Of a DNA stretch of 64,000 nucleotides, positions 1 through 9,103 are shown piece after piece. The notes beneath the pieces are model-generated. The model was not told where the DNA came from and ran no database searches. It saw nothing but the letters and a program-made list of their open reading frames with translations. Origin of the DNA: Fimbriimonas sp. Lineage in GTDB: Bacteria; Armatimonadota; Fimbriimonadia; Fimbriimonadales; Fimbriimonadaceae. Made by a program: the position numbers and the translations under genes. Where the stretch lies: positions 2,134,093 through 2,198,092 of the forward strand of contig CBDFJP010000002.1 of the NCBI GenBank assembly GCA_965248555.1, written 5' to 3'. How positions within the stretch are numbered: position 1 is the stretch's first letter; each line of letters begins with the position of its first letter.

Positions 1-441
1 GTTGTCACGCCCCTGCTCGATGCGGCTGAGGCCGATCTCGGGATCGAGGTCGAATAGGAGGGTTAGGTCGGGCTTCAGCCCTTTCGTGGCAAAAGCGTTC
101 CCTCGCTTTAGGAATTCGATATCCACTCCGCGAGCGTAGCCCTGATACACCACCGACGAGTCTGCGTGTCGATCGCAGAGGACGATCATGCCTTGCGCCA
201 GCGCGGGGCGTATGATGGTCTCCACGTGGTTCGCTCGGTCGGCCAAGAAGAGGAGCAATTCGGCCTCGGGAACCACTTCGCCCTCTTCCAAAAGGAGGGC
301 GCGAATCTTTCGCCCAAGGCTCCCCGCCCCCGGCTCGCGGGTGACGAGCACTGAGTGCCCCAGAGCCTCCAGAGCCGTCGAAAGACCGCGAATCGCCGTC
401 GACTTCCCCGCCCCCTCTGGCCCCTCAAACGTCACGAACAT
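1..441 (-). CDS. tmk: thymidylate kinase; 3' end runs off the window (absent from ORF track)
   Basis: Manual minus-strand translation from the ATG at complement 439-441 gives [20 protein letters not shown]...[14 protein letters not shown]...[17 protein letters not shown]. It has the P-loop and DRxxxS motifs of dTMP kinase. The frame stays open to position 1. Confidence 0.85.
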   Translation of the reverse strand, partial: MFVTFEGPEGAGKSTAIRGLSTALEALGHSVLVTREPGAGSLGRKIRALLLEEGEVVPEAELLLFLADRANHVETIIRPALAQGMIVLCDRHADSSVVYQGYARGVDIEFLKRGNAFATKGLKPDLTLLFDLDPEIGLSRIEQGRDN

Positions 442-479
442 GGAACCAAAGCCTACCTGCCAAACGCTACAATACTTGG

Positions 480-2162
480 GTGCGAAAGTGGTGGTGGTTG
501 GTTGCGGTTCTTGGTTTGGCAGTTGCCGGATGTAAGAACTTGGCCACCGAAGACTCGCCCGCGAGCAAGGCAGATCCCATCGAGCAGGCCAATAAGGTCG
601 ACGAATACGCCGCTTTTCGGGGCGAAAAGCCGCTGGAAGAAGACATCTGTTTCGAGGCTCAGCGCCAACGCATCCCGGTTCTGATGTTCCACGATCTGGT
701 GCCGGAGCGCACCAAGGAGACCCTATGGTACGACTGCACCATCGAGGAATTCGAGACGATTCTCCAGGCCATCGACATTGAGGGTTTCACCGTCATCTCC
801 TCGCAAGACCTGTACGAACACCTCACCACCGGCAAGCTCGTGCCGGAAAAGTCCATTGTGCTGACCTTTGATGACAACTATCAGAGCTTCTACGACTACG
901 CCTGGCCGCTACTACAGCAGCACAATTACCCAGCGACGATGTTCGTTCACACCGGCTTCGTGGGGAGCCTTCAGGGTCGCCCGAAAATGACCTGGGAAAC
1001 GTTGCAGGAGTTGGTGAAAGACAAGAATTTCACGGTTGGCGGACACACCATCAATCACTTCCTCGACCTCAAAGATCGAGATATTACCGAGCAAACGACC
1101 GAACTGGTCGAATCTAAAAAGGATATCGAAACCCACCTGGGCGTGAAAGTAGACTTCCTGGCCTACCCGAACGGAAGCAACGGCGAGGACACCCAGCTTC
1201 TCACCCGCCAGGCCGGCTACAAGATGGCCTACACCATCGTCAACTCCCCCGCCGAGGAGTCGCCGAACATCTTGGCGGTCGGCCGGTACGTCCACACGCG
1301 CTACCAAGAAGCCCTTCGGGATCGGGATGGGGCGATTTATGGTCAGCCCGCCACCATCTTCCGAACAGCTTGGAACAAGAGCTCGAAGATCAAGTATGTG
1401 AACGAGAAGTTCGCGGGGATTCCGCTGAAAATGACCTTCGGTGGAATGCCCTCGACCCATATGAGCCTCACCGGGCGCGAGATGGTTTCGACCTTTGTAG
1501 AGCGCGAACAGGCTCAGGCGGGGATCAATGGCGGCTTCTTCGCGATGGCGGCGATTCAGTCAACAGACAACGCGATGGTGGGGCCGCTGAAAACTCCGGA
1601 AATGACCGAAGTCGCGCCTGATCAGGCATCCGAGAGGTGGGACAAGATCAACGGTCGTCCGCTGGTTATTTGGAGCGGCGAGGAGTTCGCCATCCTGCCT
1701 TACATCCCGGCTCAGATGCATAAAGAGGAGCAATTCCAGTGGTTCATGAAGGGCTACACGGATACGTTTATGGCGGGAGTTTGGCTCGTTCACAACGGCG
1801 TTCCGCAGCCCAAGGAGTTCCAGAATGTTGTGGGGGCAAAGGACATTCAAGACCTGCGTCGTCGGGCGTTCATCGGAGTCACAAAAGACGGCCAGTTTGT
1901 CGCCGGAGCGGCGGTGACATCGGTTTCTAGCGAAAAACTCGCCGGGGCGATCGCCGAAGCCGGAGTGGAAGAAGCCGTTTTGATCGATTCAGGCTTTTCG
2001 ACTTCGCTGGTGTTTGATGGGAAGATTAAAGCTTCGGGACACTCCTCCGCAAAGGACCCCTCCCGACCGGTTCCCCACGCCATTACGATCAAAGGAGTGG
2101 TCGACGAGACGACTCAGGACGATGAGGATTTGGCGGTCGCTCAGCCGAAGCGTGGACGATAG
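480..2162 (+). CDS. lipoprotein with a polysaccharide deacetylase (NodB) domain and a C-terminal phosphodiester-glycosidase-like domain
   Basis: GTG start. Lipobox LAVAGC. NodB motifs VLMFHDL and [18 protein letters not shown]. The C-terminal half has NGGFF and [10 protein letters not shown], resembling DUF2233. Confidence 0.7.
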   Translation: MRKWWWLVAVLGLAVAGCKNLATEDSPASKADPIEQANKVDEYAAFRGEKPLEEDICFEAQRQRIPVLMFHDLVPERTKETLWYDCTIEEFETILQAIDIEGFTVISSQDLYEHLTTGKLVPEKSIVLTFDDNYQSFYDYAWPLLQQHNYPATMFVHTGFVGSLQGRPKMTWETLQELVKDKNFTVGGHTINHFLDLKDRDITEQTTELVESKKDIETHLGVKVDFLAYPNGSNGEDTQLLTRQAGYKMAYTIVNSPAEESPNILAVGRYVHTRYQEALRDRDGAIYGQPATIFRTAWNKSSKIKYVNEKFAGIPLKMTFGGMPSTHMSLTGREMVSTFVEREQAQAGINGGFFAMAAIQSTDNAMVGPLKTPEMTEVAPDQASERWDKINGRPLVIWSGEEFAILPYIPAQMHKEEQFQWFMKGYTDTFMAGVWLVHNGVPQPKEFQNVVGAKDIQDLRRRAFIGVTKDGQFVAGAAVTSVSSEKLAGAIAEAGVEEAVLIDSGFSTSLVFDGKIKASGHSSAKDPSRPVPHAITIKGVVDETTQDDEDLAVAQPKRGR

Positions 2163-2178
2163 CTCGTACAATAGTGGT

Positions 2179-2421
2179 ATGAGAGTTCCTGAGGGCCTTG
2201 AGTCCGTCCTAAGCATTGACCCTGAGATCATGCACGGCGAGTTGTGTTTCAAGGGCACGCGAGTGCCGATTTTGGTGTTTCTTGACAATCTTCAGGAGGG
2301 AATGGGTCCCGAGGAGTTTGTCAGCATTTACACTTCTGTAAAGCGAAGTCAGGTTGACGCCGTTGTCGCTTGGCAAAAGAGTCGGCTACTTTCCGAGTCC
2401 GAGTTCAGTTTGGCGAGCTAG
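2179..2421 (+). CDS. DUF433-family protein (antitoxin-like)
   Basis: Internal ATG of ORF 2014-2421. The protein MRVPEGLESVLSIDPEIMHGELCFKGTRVPILVFLDNLQEG matches the DUF433 pattern. The upstream part of the tracked ORF overlaps the previous gene. Confidence 0.7.
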   Translation: MRVPEGLESVLSIDPEIMHGELCFKGTRVPILVFLDNLQEGMGPEEFVSIYTSVKRSQVDAVVAWQKSRLLSESEFSLAS

Positions 2422-2750
2422 TGAAAGTTCTGCTTGACGAAAATGTCTTTCCCGGCTTCCGCCGATGGCTGGTCGGTCACGAGGTCGACACTGTGTTACA
2501 CATGGGCTGGGATGGCCTCAAGAACGGGGCTCTGCTTGTCAGGGCTATTTCGAGCGGCTTCGAGGTTCTGATTTCGCTTGATCAGTCGATTCCAGACCAG
2601 AACTACCTCGCGAACAAGCCAATCGCGATCTTGACTCTTAAGCTAGATACTCGTACCAAGACCACCTACCAACGAGCGGTTGAACCGGTTCTGGAAGTTC
2701 TTGGAGAAATCAAATCGGGGGAGATCAGGACCGTCGTGATCCCAACGTGA
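2421..2750 (+). CDS. DUF5615 / PIN-like protein (toxin-like partner of DUF433)
   Basis: The GTG at 2421 shares one base with the TAG of the DUF433 gene. VKVLLDENVFPGFRRWL... is the typical DUF5615 N-terminus. Confidence 0.65.
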   Translation: MKVLLDENVFPGFRRWLVGHEVDTVLHMGWDGLKNGALLVRAISSGFEVLISLDQSIPDQNYLANKPIAILTLKLDTRTKTTYQRAVEPVLEVLGEIKSGEIRTVVIPT

Positions 2751-3160
2751 TCTTCCAAACCCTCGAACTTGTCCTTGCTCTCGATCAGCCACGCCGAATC
2801 CTGATCATCGAGGACAAGGTCTCGTTTGCCATTCGACTTCGCACATTTCTGGAGAAGAAGGGGCATACCGTCCATGCCTATGCCGGAGTTGAGAGGCAAG
2901 GCTCGCGGCTACTCGGGATTGAGAGCTATCACCCACTCGATCCAGACCTCATCGAGCCGAGTCACTACGAAGTCTGCTTCCTTGACCACTACTTTGCGGG
3001 CGACGATTTCAACGGCTCCACCTTCCTCGGGGTGCTGGGCAACCACCCGATAAGGGTCTGCGGGATGTCTTCGGTGGATTCAGCTAACGAATCAATGCGC
3101 CGTTGCGGCGCGATCACTTCGATCCGAAAAGACAAGCTCGATCAGCTTTTGACTTTATAG
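2747..3160 (+). CDS. stand-alone receiver (CheY-like) domain protein, tentative
   Basis: GTGA overlap with the previous stop. RILIIEDKVSF (acidic pair), EVCFLDHYF (candidate phospho-Asp) and VCGMSS are arranged as in REC domains. Confidence 0.4.
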   Translation: MIFQTLELVLALDQPRRILIIEDKVSFAIRLRTFLEKKGHTVHAYAGVERQGSRLLGIESYHPLDPDLIEPSHYEVCFLDHYFAGDDFNGSTFLGVLGNHPIRVCGMSSVDSANESMRRCGAITSIRKDKLDQLLTL

Positions 3161-3699
3161 CGCAGCTGAACCAGACCGCTGTCGAACGCCTCGGCGTCGA
3201 TCAGCTTGAGCGAAGTCTGCGGGAATCCGCCGGGGAACAGCGGCACCCCTTTGCCGAGCAGAACGGGGTGAACCGAGACCACGACTTCTTCGACCAACTT
3301 CCCTTCCAAATACCCCTTCACCAGCTCTCCGCCGCCCACTAGCCACGACCGCTTCACGCCCTGCTCCTTGAGCATCTTTTCGAGGTCGACGAGTGAGCCG
3401 TTGAAAAAAGCGGTATCTGGAGTCGTGATCTCTAGCTTTGCCGAGCGGGTTACGACCAGAGTGCGCTTGCCCGAATACGGCCATCGGCCCATTCCACGAA
3501 CCACGTCATACGTTCCCCGGCCCATGATGAGGGTGTCGACCGACTTGTAGAATTCGTCGAATCCGTAGTCGTTGTCGGTGAACTGCCACGACAAATCATC
3601 ATCCGGCCCGGCGATGTAGCCGTCAAGACTGGTCGCGATGAAAAGAGTCGTGAGCACGCCCTCAAGATACCCTGGCACAACACCTTCTGCCGGAGGCAT
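3142..3699 (-). CDS. dihydrofolate reductase family protein (RibD C-terminal domain type)
   Basis: Internal ATG at 3699. Motifs LFIATSLDGYIAGPDDDLSW, TLIMGRGTY and WLVGGGELV. The 3' end overlaps the convergent receiver gene by 19 nt. Confidence 0.75.
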   Translation of the reverse strand: MPPAEGVVPGYLEGVLTTLFIATSLDGYIAGPDDDLSWQFTDNDYGFDEFYKSVDTLIMGRGTYDVVRGMGRWPYSGKRTLVVTRSAKLEITTPDTAFFNGSLVDLEKMLKEQGVKRSWLVGGGELVKGYLEGKLVEEVVVSVHPVLLGKGVPLFPGGFPQTSLKLIDAEAFDSGLVQLRYKVKS

Positions 3700-3708
3700 A
3701 CTCAGATC

Positions 3709-4143
3709 GTGGGTAGCAATCTGGATCCGTACGACTGGCCTAGGAGAAGGAAACTTGCCACGATCTTGGTAGGCAATTCTGCTCCGATTTTGTTTTTTGC
3801 AAGTCGGCTCTCTGCAGCTCCTCACCCTTACGACTTCAACTACCTTCCCTTGGCCTCAATCTACTGCCTCACGATTTTTTTAGGGATCATGCTTGCATCG
3901 CGAGTGCGAATGTCCTATCTAGACAGGATCGGTGCCGGCGCCGTGATTTTTTCAATAGCCTATGGTGTGGGTGTTTTGTGTTCACGGTTGCCGTTCCTCT
4001 TCCCTACCCGCTACTCCTATCTGGCACTCGAACGAAATTTATGGTTTTTGGGCATGGTGTTTCAGTTCATCCCGATTGTGTCTACGCTCTTCTGGCTTCA
4101 AGCGAGGGTTAAGATGATCGATCCTGAAGGACAGCGAAGTTGA
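3709..4143 (+). CDS. hypothetical small membrane protein; start uncertain (ATG 3889 possible)
   Basis: ORF with 3-4 hydrophobic segments. No recognisable family. Confidence 0.35.
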   Translation: MGSNLDPYDWPRRRKLATILVGNSAPILFFASRLSAAPHPYDFNYLPLASIYCLTIFLGIMLASRVRMSYLDRIGAGAVIFSIAYGVGVLCSRLPFLFPTRYSYLALERNLWFLGMVFQFIPIVSTLFWLQARVKMIDPEGQRS

Positions 4144-4188
4144 TGAGATGGTCCAACAATCTTGTCTTCAACTTGGTAAGATTCCCCC

Positions 4189-5190
4189 ATGGTTAAGCAG
4201 CTCATTGCCACCGCAGTCTTTGGGTGCATCCTTGTCGGATGCGGGTCGTCGTCTGGGTCCAACGTTGAGGTCTCGTCAGCACCGAGCCCAGCCCCCACAA
4301 GTGGCACCAAGTACAAGATCGCGTTCATCCCCAAAGGCTCGCTCCACGAGTTTTGGAAAACCATGCAAGCCGGAGCCGAAAAGGCTGCCTCCGAGACCGG
4401 AGTCGAGCTTGTGTGGAAAGCTCCAGTAAAAGAGGACGACCGAGCCGAACAGATCAAGGTTGTCGAGAACTTCACCAACGAAAAGGTTAGCGGAATCGTG
4501 CTCTGCCCGCTGGATAAAGACGCCCTTGCCGCACCCGCGAAAGAGGCCGTCGCCGCCGGAATTCCGGTTCTCGTGGTGGACAGCGCAATCAACGGGATGA
4601 AGCCGTCATCGTTCATCGCCACCGATAACTACGGTGCCGGCAAAACCTCTGCCCAAGAAATGGCAAAAGCCCTCGGCGGAAAGGGCAAAGTGATCGTTCT
4701 TCGCTATCAAGAAGGCTCGGCAAGCACCATGGACCGCGAGGCCGGCTTCATCGATGGTGCAACTGCCGCCGGACTCGAGGTCGTGAGCAAGGAGCAGTAC
4801 GGAGGGGCAACTCGAGAACTGGCCCAAACCGCTTCCGAGAATCTGATCCAGAGGTTCAAAACTGGCGACAAGCTTGGGATTGACGGAGTCTTCACCCCTA
4901 ACGAATCAACCACCTTCGGCATGATGCGCGCCCTTGATGCCGCAGGGCTTCTCGGCTCGGTGAAGTTGGTCGGGTTCGACTCATCGAAGGAGCTGATCGA
5001 GGCCGTCAAAGCCGGAAAGATCACCGGACTCCTGCTCCAAGACCCATTCAAAATGGGCTACCTCGGCGTGACCAAGATGGTGGCTCAACTCAAGGGCGAG
5101 AAGATCGAAGAGAAGATCGATTCGGGTGCAGTGTTCGTCACGAAAGACAACCTGGATTCCGAAGCCGTCAAGAATGTCTTGCCGAAGTAA
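4189..5190 (+). CDS. sugar ABC transporter substrate-binding lipoprotein (ribose/monosaccharide type)
   Basis: Lipobox ILVGCGS. Periplasmic-binding type I motifs KIAFIPKG, GIVLCPLD and VVDSAING. First gene of an SBP-ATPase-permease operon. Confidence 0.85.
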   Translation: MVKQLIATAVFGCILVGCGSSSGSNVEVSSAPSPAPTSGTKYKIAFIPKGSLHEFWKTMQAGAEKAASETGVELVWKAPVKEDDRAEQIKVVENFTNEKVSGIVLCPLDKDALAAPAKEAVAAGIPVLVVDSAINGMKPSSFIATDNYGAGKTSAQEMAKALGGKGKVIVLRYQEGSASTMDREAGFIDGATAAGLEVVSKEQYGGATRELAQTASENLIQRFKTGDKLGIDGVFTPNESTTFGMMRALDAAGLLGSVKLVGFDSSKELIEAVKAGKITGLLLQDPFKMGYLGVTKMVAQLKGEKIEEKIDSGAVFVTKDNLDSEAVKNVLPK

Positions 5191-5193
5191 AAC

Positions 5194-6582
5194 ATGCTGA
5201 AAGTCGAGGGTCTTTGCAAGGCGTTCGGCTCCACAAGGGCCGTCGACCAGGTTTCGCTCATTGCGAAACCTGGTCGCGTTTTGGCCCTCATCGGCGAAAA
5301 CGGAAGCGGTAAAAGCACCCTCATGAAGCTGATTTCGGGGGAAACCGAACCAGATTCTGGCTTAGTGGAAATCAAGCCGAGCGAGGTACATCTCGTCCAC
5401 CAAGAACTCCTCCTCTGCCCCCACCTCACTGCCGCCGAGAACCTCTTTTTGGGCACAGCGAAGGGTGTCCGATTCTCGCCCAAAGCTCTCGAAGCCAAAG
5501 CCCAGGCAATCCTCGACGACCTCGGATTCCCAGAGGTCAAGGCGGGTCGAACAACGAGCGACCTCCCGATCTCCCAACGGCAAGTCATCGAAATCGCCCG
5601 CGCAATCATCAAAAACTGCCCAGTGATCCTCCTTGATGAGCCAACCAGTAGCCTCACCGAAGCCGACAAAGAGAAGTTCTACGGCCTCGTCCAAAGGCTC
5701 AAACAAGCGGACAAAACCGTTATCTTCATCTCCCACTTCCTCGAAGAAGTGAGGGCCGTCTCCGACGACTGCGTCATCCTTCGCGACGGCCAAGTTGTGG
5801 CTGCGGGGCTACTTGAGGACTTCTCAGATCAAGAAATTGTCCGGCACATGGTGGGCCGCGAAGTCACCGACCTCTTCCCCCGCTCGGAGCGAACGCCGGG
5901 TGAAGTCGTGCTCAACGTCCAGAACTTGACCGGCGAGGCCGGAAAGCCGTGCGAAGTCTCGTTCGAGCTCAAAGCCGGCGAAGTCCTCGGTCTCGCAGGC
6001 CTCAACGGAGCCGGAAAAACCGAACTCCTCCGAACCGTTTTTGGCCTCAGACGCACCCTTTCTGGCTCAAACGGCGGGCGAAAGCAGTGGAGTGATGGCG
6101 TTGGCTTCGTCAGCGAAGAGCGCAAGCTCGACGGAATCACCCTCCCCCTCAGCGTCGCCGAAAACGCCACCATGCCCACCCGCCACGGCTTCCTCAGCAA
6201 GCCAAAACAAGTCTCGGCAAAGGGTGCCGAATGGATTTCCAAGGTAGGAATCGCCGCCCAATCCCCCGATCAGCCCGTCGGAAGCCTCAGCGGTGGAAAC
6301 CAACAAAAAGTCGCCTTCGCCCGCCTCCTGCACGCAGACTGTAAACTGCTCATCTTGGATGAACCAACGCGCGGAGTAGATGTGGGAAGCAAAGCCGAAA
6401 TTTATCGCCTCATCGACGAGGCGGCAAAAGGCGGCGCGGCGGTGCTGATGGCAAGCTCCTACCTGCCAGAACTCCTCGGAGTTTGCGACCGGATCGGAGT
6501 CATGAACCGGGGCAGGCTGGTGAGCATCCACGATGCCAAAACAGCGACCTCCGAAGAGCTGGTTGCAGAGTGTGTCCGATGA
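5194..6582 (+). CDS. sugar ABC transporter ATP-binding protein (tandem ABC domains)
   Basis: Walker A GENGSGKST. Signatures LSGGNQQKV and ILLDEPT / LILDEPTRGVD. Confidence 0.9.
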   Translation: MLKVEGLCKAFGSTRAVDQVSLIAKPGRVLALIGENGSGKSTLMKLISGETEPDSGLVEIKPSEVHLVHQELLLCPHLTAAENLFLGTAKGVRFSPKALEAKAQAILDDLGFPEVKAGRTTSDLPISQRQVIEIARAIIKNCPVILLDEPTSSLTEADKEKFYGLVQRLKQADKTVIFISHFLEEVRAVSDDCVILRDGQVVAAGLLEDFSDQEIVRHMVGREVTDLFPRSERTPGEVVLNVQNLTGEAGKPCEVSFELKAGEVLGLAGLNGAGKTELLRTVFGLRRTLSGSNGGRKQWSDGVGFVSEERKLDGITLPLSVAENATMPTRHGFLSKPKQVSAKGAEWISKVGIAAQSPDQPVGSLSGGNQQKVAFARLLHADCKLLILDEPTRGVDVGSKAEIYRLIDEAAKGGAAVLMASSYLPELLGVCDRIGVMNRGRLVSIHDAKTATSEELVAECVR

Positions 6583-7529
6583 AAAAGAAGCCGAATCAGA
6601 TCATCGGAGTCCTCATCGCGTGGTTCCTCATCTACGCCTTTTTCGCCTTCCAAAAACCCCAAACCTTCCTGGGCCTAGCCAACTTTGAACTCCTCCTCCG
6701 CCAATCCACCATGATCGGAATCGGGGCCGTAGGAATGACCTACGTCATCGTCGCTGGCGGAATCGACCTCAGTGCCGGAAGCGTCATCGCCCTCTCCTCC
6801 GTCGTCGGAGCCATTACCTTTAATCGAACCCAAAACCCACTCATGGCGGTCTTCGCCTGCGCCCTCACCGGCTTTGCCTGCGGCGCGCTAAACGGAGTTC
6901 TCACCTCAAAGCTCAAAGCCGGCCCCTTCATCGTCACCCTCGGCTCCATGCTCGCAATCCGGGGAATCGCCAAGGGCCTCGCCGACGAGAAAACCGTCTC
7001 CACCGGCGGCGAAGGCTGGCTCTTCGAGTTCATCTCAAAAACCAAATCCTGGTTCGTCTTTCCCGTCGGAACCTGGATGTGGATATTCTTCCTCGGCCTC
7101 ATGGCCTGGGCCATGATCTACACCAACTTCGGGCGAAACGTGGTCGCCGTTGGCTCTAACGAGAGTGCTGCAAAGCTCTGCGGAATTCCCGTCGACCGAG
7201 TAAAAATAGGCGCCTACGCCGTCGCCGGATTCTTCTTCGGCCTCGCCGGACTGATGTCCCTTTCCCGAACATCCCTCGGTGATCCCACCTCCGCAACCGG
7301 CGACGAACTCCGCATCATCGCTGCCGTTGTCATCGGCGGAGCCTCCCTCTCGGGCGGCGAAGGAAGCGTCATCGGCGCCGCCATCGGCGCCCTCATCATG
7401 GCCACTATCAGCATGGGCGGAACCCAAATGGGCGTCGCCAACTGGAAGCAAGAAATCTTCACCGGCATCATCATCCTCGCCGCCGTAGCCATCGACCGCT
7501 GGCGCATCGCGCGTCGGCAAACCAACTGA
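6579..7529 (+). CDS. sugar ABC transporter permease (RbsC/branched-chain family)
   Basis: The ATG at 6579 overlaps the ATPase stop (ATGA). It is multi-TM, with motifs IVAGGIDLS and AAVVIGGASLSGGEGS. Confidence 0.9.
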   Translation: MKKKPNQIIGVLIAWFLIYAFFAFQKPQTFLGLANFELLLRQSTMIGIGAVGMTYVIVAGGIDLSAGSVIALSSVVGAITFNRTQNPLMAVFACALTGFACGALNGVLTSKLKAGPFIVTLGSMLAIRGIAKGLADEKTVSTGGEGWLFEFISKTKSWFVFPVGTWMWIFFLGLMAWAMIYTNFGRNVVAVGSNESAAKLCGIPVDRVKIGAYAVAGFFFGLAGLMSLSRTSLGDPTSATGDELRIIAAVVIGGASLSGGEGSVIGAAIGALIMATISMGGTQMGVANWKQEIFTGIIILAAVAIDRWRIARRQTN

Positions 7530-7567
7530 GAGCTCAACCAATCGAAATCGAAACCTTCAAAAAATCG

Positions 7568-8725
7568 TTGCGATCTGGAAGTGGTCGGGCGGTTCTGGCG
7601 ATTAACGAAGGTGCGAGCAACGAGCAACGCCAGGCCATCTGGGATGCTTGTCTTACGGATCAGCGACTCGACCGACAAACCGAAGATATTCGGGGTCAGT
7701 ATCTGCTTGCCCTTGCAGCCAAAGCTGGACTCAGAGATCGTCTCCGCAATGGAGTTCTTGATCCGGCACAGCCGTTTGAGGATTCCCAACGACTCTCGTT
7801 CTGGGAGTTATTCGCCAAAGATGGCGATCACGCCTGCATAGCCGAACTCCAGGACAAAGCTCTCGACGGGGATTTTTCCGCGAGTGACGCGCTAGCCGAG
7901 ATCGGCGAACTCTCCTGGGTCATCTCGAATATCCTTCCTACCCTCTCGCCAGACGAAGCCTGGAGGGCAAAGATGTGGCTAAGCGAGAGTCCGGAGGTTT
8001 CAACGGAAGAGCAAGAAGCCCTTGAGAGGACGGCCGCCACGCATCAACCGACATACAAATTGAACCGCGAAGAACAGACCTTCGAGGAAGTCATTCAAAA
8101 GCTTCAGAACTCAAACCTTTACAATGCTTCGCTCAGCCGAATGGCCCCGTCGCTGACCGAAGAGCAAGTGCTCCTCGTCGCTAATCTATGGTTGGAGGAG
8201 CGGGAGCATCGAAAGGGTTTGAACTACGCGAAACTGTTCGACGCAAGGGAGTTTCCACTGCCGCCAGCAACAATTATCAAGCTGGTACGCGACGGTGATG
8301 CTCCTGTGCAGTTTCAAAATGTTTTGTCGTGGATTGATAGCCCCGAAGTGCGAGAATTTGCCTTGGAACTCATCAACTCTGGCGACTACCGAGGCTTCCT
8401 CTCCGGTGCGTGTTCCTGGACCGACGGAGACATCCAAGGTCTTTCGCACCACTTGACGAAATTCGGGGCGCTGACGCGGGGTGAACTCCATCGGCTCTGT
8501 ATGGAGCTACTGACAATGTGCAAAGAATGGAACCCCGACGAACGGATCGACATGCTCACGTGGGTGTACGAGCAAAGCCCTTGTTCAATGTGCCGTGGAG
8601 GCGCGACCAGGCGCCTAGTAGACGATCAGACTTTGCCCGCCGTGTACTGGCAAGAGCTTGAATTCGATGCCGAATCGGGCAACCGCGATCTATTCGCAAA
8701 ACGGTTCGAGCCGAAATCGCCCTAA
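7568..8725 (+). CDS. hypothetical protein
   Basis: 385-codon ORF. The only start option in roughly the first 140 codons is the TTG at 7568. No family recognised. C-terminal CSMCRGG motif. Confidence 0.45.
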   Translation: MRSGSGRAVLAINEGASNEQRQAIWDACLTDQRLDRQTEDIRGQYLLALAAKAGLRDRLRNGVLDPAQPFEDSQRLSFWELFAKDGDHACIAELQDKALDGDFSASDALAEIGELSWVISNILPTLSPDEAWRAKMWLSESPEVSTEEQEALERTAATHQPTYKLNREEQTFEEVIQKLQNSNLYNASLSRMAPSLTEEQVLLVANLWLEEREHRKGLNYAKLFDAREFPLPPATIIKLVRDGDAPVQFQNVLSWIDSPEVREFALELINSGDYRGFLSGACSWTDGDIQGLSHHLTKFGALTRGELHRLCMELLTMCKEWNPDERIDMLTWVYEQSPCSMCRGGATRRLVDDQTLPAVYWQELEFDAESGNRDLFAKRFEPKSP

Positions 8726-8743
8726 CGCACAATAACAGCAGGT

Positions 8744-9085
8744 TCAGAGCGCCTTCAGCTGAACATAAAGCTGCCTCGGCGCCGTCTCGAAATACTTGAA
8801 CAGAGCGGGACATAACCACCCATCCATCTCAAACGGCTCGCAGTAGTACACGTTTCCGCCCATATCTTCGCGCTGCCAGTCCAGCCGCAACTCGTATCCC
8901 GGAAACTCGCCAGCCGAAAAGACCAGCGCAAATCCGGTTTCCGCGTTCGGGATTCCCGCACTCGCAAGCTCGATCAGAGTGTCCGCGCCTGCCACAAACG
9001 GCTCTTGAACCAACCCCCGGGGCTCATCATCAAACACCCACATACCGAGGGCCTTGTAGGGTTTGATTACGAAGATGGAATTCAT
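8744..9085 (-). CDS. small conserved hypothetical protein
   Basis: 113-aa ORF, MNSIFVIKPYKALGMWVFDDEPRGL..., compact and acidic. Convergent with the previous gene. Confidence 0.55.
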   Translation of the reverse strand: MNSIFVIKPYKALGMWVFDDEPRGLVQEPFVAGADTLIELASAGIPNAETGFALVFSAGEFPGYELRLDWQREDMGGNVYYCEPFEMDGWLCPALFKYFETAPRQLYVQLKAL

Positions 9086-9103
9086 CCCAACAGTCTAACC
9101 AAA

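Noticed and set aside
8726-8770. Inverted repeat gttcag...ctgaac between convergent genes 7568-8725 and 8744-9085
   Set aside because: It has a 6-bp stem with an 11-nt loop and overlaps the coding 3' end of the minus-strand gene. This is not convincing.
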